Of a stretch of DNA of 64,000 nucleotides, positions 58,787 to 64,000 are shown piece by piece (position 1 is the first letter of the stretch; the number at the start of each line of letters is the position of its first letter). Below the pieces are notes generated by a model. It saw nothing but the letters and a program-made list of their open reading frames with translations. It searched no databases and was not told the DNA's origin. The position numbers and the translations under genes were made by a program. Source of the DNA: Fibrobacteria bacterium (GTDB taxonomy: Bacteria; Fibrobacterota; Chitinivibrionia; Chitinivibrionales; FEN-1185); NCBI GenBank assembly GCA_037447435.1, contig JBBIGR010000002.1, positions 64,001-128,000 on the forward strand. The letters run 5' to 3'.

Positions 58787-60040
58787 ATGAAAAAAAAAGC
58801 CATGCAATTGAGCGTTTCAATGGTTATCATTGGTATGTGCTTAACCAATATTTTCGCTGCAGACACGCAAAAACAGGAAATATCCGCTGCGGTCTCGGTC
58901 GATTCGACAAGCAAGAGCAAAGTAAAAGCCGATTCAGCCGCGGAACAGTCTTTGCCGTCTCTTTCCAAACCCAAAGTTCACTCGGAAGACATCAATACGA
59001 TAGAGAAAATGCAGGCCGAAGCGAATAAGCTCAGATCGGAAGCCAAGATTCTGCGCGCCATGGCCGATACGTTAAACAAGGCTTCCGACGATGCCGAAAA
59101 TAAAGTTGATGAGGCAAAGGAAAAAACGGAAAAACTCGACGAAGATCTGATCGATAAAAAGACTAAGCATATTGCCTACAAAGTAAAGCTGCAGGTCGAG
59201 CAAATGAAAAAACGCATCCTGGCCGATGTCGAACGGATTAAAAAACTCTACGGGCCGCAAGCCGCAAACGATTCTTTGGATAAAGTGTACAAAATGCAGG
59301 CCGACAGTATCGACACCATACTGGCCCACTCCGAAAAAGACACGTTATCGCAACTTGACAAACAAAATGCTTTACTCGCTCAAATTCATCAAAATTCCGA
59401 GGCATTGCTCGAAAAATCAAAGGAGATGTCGGTCAAAGCCCGTGAAATGGAAGACGCTGCAAAAGACCGGGAAGAAATGGCCGATGAGCTTGCCGATAAA
59501 GCACGGAAACTTGCCGAAGACCAGAATCCTTTGCCGCTTTCGAAACGATTCCCCTTTCATTTCGGTTTTCAACTCAGGATAACGCAAGTGAAGCCCTTCC
59601 TTTCCGACAATGTCGACTTGCTTCTTTTGCACGGCCTCAATGTCGGTTATTCGGTTTCGCCGCGTATAAAAATCGGGTTGGAAGACATTTCTTTATACAT
59701 GCAGCAAACCATGCTTGGCAACCGTTACGCCATCACCGGCGGTCCGGCAATGAGCTATTCTATTTTTCCCTTTAAACGGCTTCAGCTGGGCGCAATTGCC
59801 GGAGCTTCGTTACAAGGGAGAGTCGGCTGTGAAAAGGCTGCACGAATGAGCGTCGCACCCTATGCGGCAATTTTCAATGAGGTTTGGGTGAGAAACCATT
59901 TCTCCATTAGCCCGATTTTGCGGATTAACTATGCCGCATACGGCCCCTATTACACTACTGCATTGAGTCAACATTCCGGTGTTCTGCCGCAAGGCGCCGT
60001 ATGGATGGATTTCGGTATCGGATACAATTTCAACTTTTGA
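58787..60040 (+). CDS. Hypothetical exported protein: coiled coil plus C-terminal outer-membrane beta-barrel-like domain
   Basis: Signal peptide ending IFA; heptad-rich region; alternating beta strands ending MDFGIGYNFNF. Confidence 0.72.
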   Translation: MKKKAMQLSVSMVIIGMCLTNIFAADTQKQEISAAVSVDSTSKSKVKADSAAEQSLPSLSKPKVHSEDINTIEKMQAEANKLRSEAKILRAMADTLNKASDDAENKVDEAKEKTEKLDEDLIDKKTKHIAYKVKLQVEQMKKRILADVERIKKLYGPQAANDSLDKVYKMQADSIDTILAHSEKDTLSQLDKQNALLAQIHQNSEALLEKSKEMSVKAREMEDAAKDREEMADELADKARKLAEDQNPLPLSKRFPFHFGFQLRITQVKPFLSDNVDLLLLHGLNVGYSVSPRIKIGLEDISLYMQQTMLGNRYAITGGPAMSYSIFPFKRLQLGAIAGASLQGRVGCEKAARMSVAPYAAIFNEVWVRNHFSISPILRINYAAYGPYYTTALSQHSGVLPQGAVWMDFGIGYNFNF

Positions 60041-60057
60041 CCCGAAAGGATTCTATA

Positions 60058-60819
60058 ATGAAAAAACATATAAAAAACACAGTACTCGGTATTTTCGCCG
60101 CGGTCTGCGTTATTGCACTTAACGGATGCGTTTTCAACGTCGATCGAATCACCAAACAGAAGAGCGGTCAGGCGTCGAGCGACGGCCTTACCGAGGCAGC
60201 CATAGACATGAGCGGCTACTCCGGCGATATTACCGTCGGCGGGACCGAAGACTCTCTTGTTAAAGCAACCGTTTCCGTAAGCGAAATGGTCAAAACAGGC
60301 TCAGACAAATCCGCTTCCGACGAATTGGCAGTCACCGTAACCAAAACGGACAGCGTCGGTAGAATCGGTTTTGTTTTTTCCAGCGATAAAGACCTCTGGG
60401 AACAATTGCGTCTGGAAAACGTCACGTTGACTTGTAATAGCCAGCTTGCAATTTCCGCCAAAACCGTCAGCGGGGATATCAATGTAAACGATATCGCCGG
60501 AATTATTAATTTGGAAACGACAAGCGGCAATGTCTCTGCCGACGTGGTACGCGGGTGCAAAATTAAGGTGGTAAGCGGCGATGTCAATGTCTCCCTAAAA
60601 CCCGATTCGTCTTTCCGTCTTGCAAACATAGAAACCACCAGCGGCGATATTACGGTTCATGTCAAAAAAGGGCTTAAAGCCAATCTTGACCTCAAAACGA
60701 CAAGCGGCAGCATTCATACGCCAAACGATAATAATTCCTTATTAAACGGCGGTGATTCGTTGACGGCAATTACCTGCAAAGCAACGAGCGGAGATATCAG
60801 AATCGAAGAGGATCGATGA
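60058..60819 (+). CDS. DUF4097 beta-strand-repeat lipoprotein
   Basis: Lipobox LNGC; repeats T(V/T)SG(D/N)(I/V). Confidence 0.85.
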   Translation: MKKHIKNTVLGIFAAVCVIALNGCVFNVDRITKQKSGQASSDGLTEAAIDMSGYSGDITVGGTEDSLVKATVSVSEMVKTGSDKSASDELAVTVTKTDSVGRIGFVFSSDKDLWEQLRLENVTLTCNSQLAISAKTVSGDINVNDIAGIINLETTSGNVSADVVRGCKIKVVSGDVNVSLKPDSSFRLANIETTSGDITVHVKKGLKANLDLKTTSGSIHTPNDNNSLLNGGDSLTAITCKATSGDIRIEEDR

Positions 60820-60844
60820 AAACTGCCTAACAGGGAATATGAAA

Positions 60845-60886
60845 AAGAAAAGGTCTTGTTGCATTCTTGCAACAAGACCTTTTCTT
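60845..60886. terminator. Bidirectional terminator between the DUF4097 gene and the tRNA
   Basis: Perfect 19-bp inverted repeat AAGAAAAGGTCTTGTTGCA / TGCAACAAGACCTTTTCTT. Confidence 0.88.
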
Positions 60887-60897
60887 ATATAAAACAA

Positions 60898-60981
60898 TGC
60901 GGCCGGTCAGACTCGAACTGACACAGGTTTACACCCACATGCCCCTCAAACATGCGTGTCTACCAATTCCACCACGACCGC
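60898..60981 (-). tRNA. tRNA-Leu(GAG), CCA not encoded
   Basis: GCGGTCGTGGTGGAATTGGTAGACACGCATGTTTGAGGGGCATGTGGGTGTAAACCTGTGTCAGTTCGAGTCTGACCGGCCGCA: long variable arm, GAG anticodon, located downstream of secG. Confidence 0.95.
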
Positions 60982-61006
60982 AAATTGTCAAACAACAAAC
61001 CGTATC

Positions 61007-61444
61007 TTACTTAGCAGGTGCCGCCGGAGCCGGAGCAACAGGCAACGGAGCCTGAGTTCCTTGACCTTGCGGTAAGCCTGCCGGAGCAGCGCCGTTCTGC
61101 GCACCCATCGGCAACTGTTGGCTGCCGGAAAGGGCCGATGCCGGCGAAAATTGACCTTGTTTTTCTGCACGTTCTTTTAATGCCGATTTGCCCTGTTTTC
61201 CCGACGGATGCGATAAAAACACGGATAAAATCAAACACAAACCAAGAAACACGGATGCAAAAATAGTTGTTGCCCGCGTTAATATGTTTGCAGTATCTTG
61301 CGAACCGAGCAAATTACTTGCAGAGGCAAAACCGCCGCCGATTGCTCCGGATATACCGCCGCCCTTATCGGATTGAATAAGGATAAGCAGGCACAGGAAA
61401 ATGCAAACAATGACAAAAATGAACAGCAGAATTCCAAAAATCAT
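61007..61444 (-). CDS. secG: Preprotein translocase subunit SecG
   Basis: LILIQSDKGGG, LTRATTI, two TM helices; tpiA-secG-tRNA-Leu synteny. Confidence 0.93.
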   Translation of the reverse strand: MIFGILLFIFVIVCIFLCLLILIQSDKGGGISGAIGGGFASASNLLGSQDTANILTRATTIFASVFLGLCLILSVFLSHPSGKQGKSALKERAEKQGQFSPASALSGSQQLPMGAQNGAAPAGLPQGQGTQAPLPVAPAPAAPAK

Positions 61445-61498
61445 ACATTCACCAACCTTGAAAGGTTATAATATCACTACGTTATACGCTATAAAATA

Positions 61499-62254
61499 TT
61501 ACTTCGGCTTAACAATGCCAAAGAAATCATCAGCTTTTAATGCTGCACCGCCAATGAGACCGCCATCGACATCACTTAAGGCTAAAAGCGATTTTGCATT
61601 GTCCGGCTTCATGCTTCCGCCGTATTGGATGCGCATTGCAGCGGCAGTATCGGTGTCGTACATGCCGACGACCTGTTTACGGATGAAACCATGCATTTCG
61701 TTTGCCTGCTCCGGAGTGGCAGTCTCACCCGTGCCGATTGCCCAGACAGGTTCATACGCGATGGTGCATTTGAGAGCGTCTTCTTTGGAAATACCGACGA
61801 ATGCGCCTTTGGTTTGGGATTCGATAACCGAGAAAAGTTTTCCGGTTTTACGTTCATCAAGAGTTTCACCGACGCAAACGATGGGAAGAAGGCCCGCCGC
61901 AAGCGTCGCTTTGATCTTTTTATTAACGGTTTCATTTGTTTCATGGAAATACTGGCGCTGTTCGGAGTGTCCGATAATAACGTATTGAACGCCGACGCTT
62001 TTAAGCATTGCACAGCTGACTTTGCCGGTATATGCGCCTTTTGCTTCCCAATGCACATCCTGAGCGCCAAGCTTAACATTGGAACCTTTAAGAACATCAG
62101 CAACTGCTTTGAGGCTGATATAGGGAGGGCATACTGCAACGTCCACATCGGAAACAGTTCCCATTTTCTCGACAACAGCTTTTGCAAGCGCAACTGCTTC
62201 GTCCACTGTCGTATTCATTTTCCAGTTACCGGCGATAAACTTTTTACGTGCCAT
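61499..62254 (-). CDS. tpiA: Triosephosphate isomerase
   Basis: AGNWKMN, IGHSE, AYEPVWAIGTG, YGGS, DGGLIGGA. Confidence 0.97.
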   Translation of the reverse strand: MARKKFIAGNWKMNTTVDEAVALAKAVVEKMGTVSDVDVAVCPPYISLKAVADVLKGSNVKLGAQDVHWEAKGAYTGKVSCAMLKSVGVQYVIIGHSEQRQYFHETNETVNKKIKATLAAGLLPIVCVGETLDERKTGKLFSVIESQTKGAFVGISKEDALKCTIAYEPVWAIGTGETATPEQANEMHGFIRKQVVGMYDTDTAAAMRIQYGGSMKPDNAKSLLALSDVDGGLIGGAALKADDFFGIVKPK

Positions 62255-62333
62255 TATTGTATCTCCTTAAAATCGTATCGAGTTATAAGCTTTCCCGGGT
62301 TCTTGGGCAAAGCCTGTACAAAATATGTTATGT

Positions 62334-63602
62334 TCACTTATTGTTCAAAGCTTTTACGCCGGGAAGTTCTTTTCCTTCCACAAGCTCAAGCGACGCGCCG
62401 CCGCCGGTCGATATATGCGACATCTTCGATGCGACGCCGGCTTTGTTGACAGCCGAGACCGAATCTCCGCCGCCGATAACCGTCGTTGCGCCGACAAGAG
62501 TTGCTAGCGTATTGGCGATGACTTTTGTCCCTTCGCTGAATTTGGCAAATTCAAACACGCCCATGGGGCCGTTCCAGAACACCGTCTTGGAACCGGCAAG
62601 CGCGGCCTTGAACTTTTCAATCGACTTAGGACCAATGTCCATTCCCATCCAACCGTCGTCGATGCCCTCCGAAGCTGTTGCTTTCGAGGCTGCTTCCGCG
62701 GCAAATTCCTGCGTAACGATATGGTCGACGGGCAAAAGGATTTCAACTTTTTTCTCTGCGGCTTTGGCCATGACCGTTTTTGCGGTTTCGAGCATATCGT
62801 CCTCGATGAGCGATTTACCGACATTAAAGCCTTTTGCTTTTAAAAACGTGTATGCCATGCCGCCGCCGATGATGATTTTATCTACTTTGCCAAGTAAACT
62901 TTCGAGTACGGCGATTTTTGAGGAAACCTTGGCGCCGCCAATGACGGCAACAAAAGGTTTCACCGGGCTTTTAACGATTTTCTCCTGTAAAAACTCGAGT
63001 TCTTTTTCCATAAGGAAACCTGCTACCGCAGGCAGATAATGCGCAACGGTTTCCGTGGAAGCGTGAGCGCGATGGGCGGTCCCGAATGCGTCGTTGACAT
63101 ATACGTCCCCGTATGAGGCAAGGGCCTTTGCCAAGACATTTCGTTCCGTTTCGTCTTTGGAAGTTTCTTCTTTATGGAAACGCGTGTTTTCAAGAATGCA
63201 AATGCCGCCTTTGGGCAGACCTTTTACCATGGCTTCCGTTTCAGCTCCCATGCACGACGGAGCGAGTTTCACTTCTTTTCCAAGAAGTTTTGCAAGATGC
63301 GCGGCAATGGGCGCCATTTTATGTTTTCCGTCCGAAAATTTCTTTTCGTCAAACGGTTTTCCGTCTTTTTCAGCTTTTTCCTTGGCTTTTTTAATGTCTT
63401 TTTTCGGGTCCCCGACATGGGACATAAGGACGAGACTCCGGCACCCCTTTTCAAGAACATATTTAATGGAAGGAAGCGCTGCCTGAATACGGGTATCGTC
63501 TTGAATGACCCCATCTTTTAAAGGAACATTGAAGTCGACACGCATGAGAACGCGCTTACCGGTAACGTCTATGTCGCGAATTGTTTTCTTTGATATTGCC
63601 AT
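62334..63602 (-). CDS. pgk: Phosphoglycerate kinase
   Basis: RVDFNVP, LENTRF, NDAFGTAHRAHAS, GGAKVSSKI, WNGPMGVFE, STGGGASL. Confidence 0.97.
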   Translation of the reverse strand: MAISKKTIRDIDVTGKRVLMRVDFNVPLKDGVIQDDTRIQAALPSIKYVLEKGCRSLVLMSHVGDPKKDIKKAKEKAEKDGKPFDEKKFSDGKHKMAPIAAHLAKLLGKEVKLAPSCMGAETEAMVKGLPKGGICILENTRFHKEETSKDETERNVLAKALASYGDVYVNDAFGTAHRAHASTETVAHYLPAVAGFLMEKELEFLQEKIVKSPVKPFVAVIGGAKVSSKIAVLESLLGKVDKIIIGGGMAYTFLKAKGFNVGKSLIEDDMLETAKTVMAKAAEKKVEILLPVDHIVTQEFAAEAASKATASEGIDDGWMGMDIGPKSIEKFKAALAGSKTVFWNGPMGVFEFAKFSEGTKVIANTLATLVGATTVIGGGDSVSAVNKAGVASKMSHISTGGGASLELVEGKELPGVKALNNK

Positions 63603-63683
63603 TGTGTCCTCCGACCATGATTTTTCTGAATCGTTTACAGAATCATCGTGATTAAAGAAATGTGTTTTTTATTTTATCAAGAT

Positions 63684-63716
63684 AAGGCCGGGGACGGAAA
63701 TTCCGTCTCCGGCCTT
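63684..63716 (-). other. Strong hairpin between gap and pgk (partial terminator or mRNA stabiliser)
   Basis: AAGGCCGG(G)GACGGAA / TTCCGTC(T)CCGGCCTT; only a weak U-tract. Confidence 0.6.
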
Positions 63717-63744
63717 CATTACTGTAAGTATAGTTACAAAAGAA

Positions 63745-64000
<256 letters not shown>

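Noticed and set aside
60845..60981. tRNA-Leu as an integration site for the upstream region
   Set aside because: No duplicated tRNA 3' end or integrase was noticed in the window.

Overview
Gene-dense bacterial chromosomal segment, probably Fibrobacterota (Chitinivibrionia/Chitinispirillum-like). That lineage is inferred from a TIGR02147-family gene, T9SS-type C-terminal tails and flagellins, and is not confirmed. Housekeeping genes: partial parE, der, gpsA, pyrK-pyrD, rlpA, rlmN, partial gap-pgk-tpiA-secG and tRNA-Leu(GAG). Accessory content: a tandem-duplicated HNH protein beside an AAA/DUF4143 ATPase, a TIGR02147 + LRR-lipoprotein module, a 2,608-aa TPR protein with a 273-aa super-repeat, an exbB-exbD-exbD-tonB-TBDR-lipoprotein operon, two near-identical flagellins with a glycosyltransferase, and a LytS/LytTR two-component system. 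Three signals stand out. (1) An operon pairs a fused E1-alpha/beta 2-oxoacid dehydrogenase with a lipoyl-domain-FabH fusion that lacks an E2 catalytic domain, suggesting CoA-independent priming of acyl-chain synthesis. (2) A four-part promoter architecture (half-site, IHF site, 20-bp palindrome, -10 box) recurs at identical spacings upstream of the TIGR02147 gene and of the neighbouring secreted-protein gene, a candidate operator for this uncharacterised family. (3) A 34-bp tandem direct repeat with identically spaced -35/-10 boxes links the LytTR system to the TonB operon 15 kb away. No CRISPR array, rRNA or transposase was seen. All family assignments come from recognising motifs by eye; no database searches were run.
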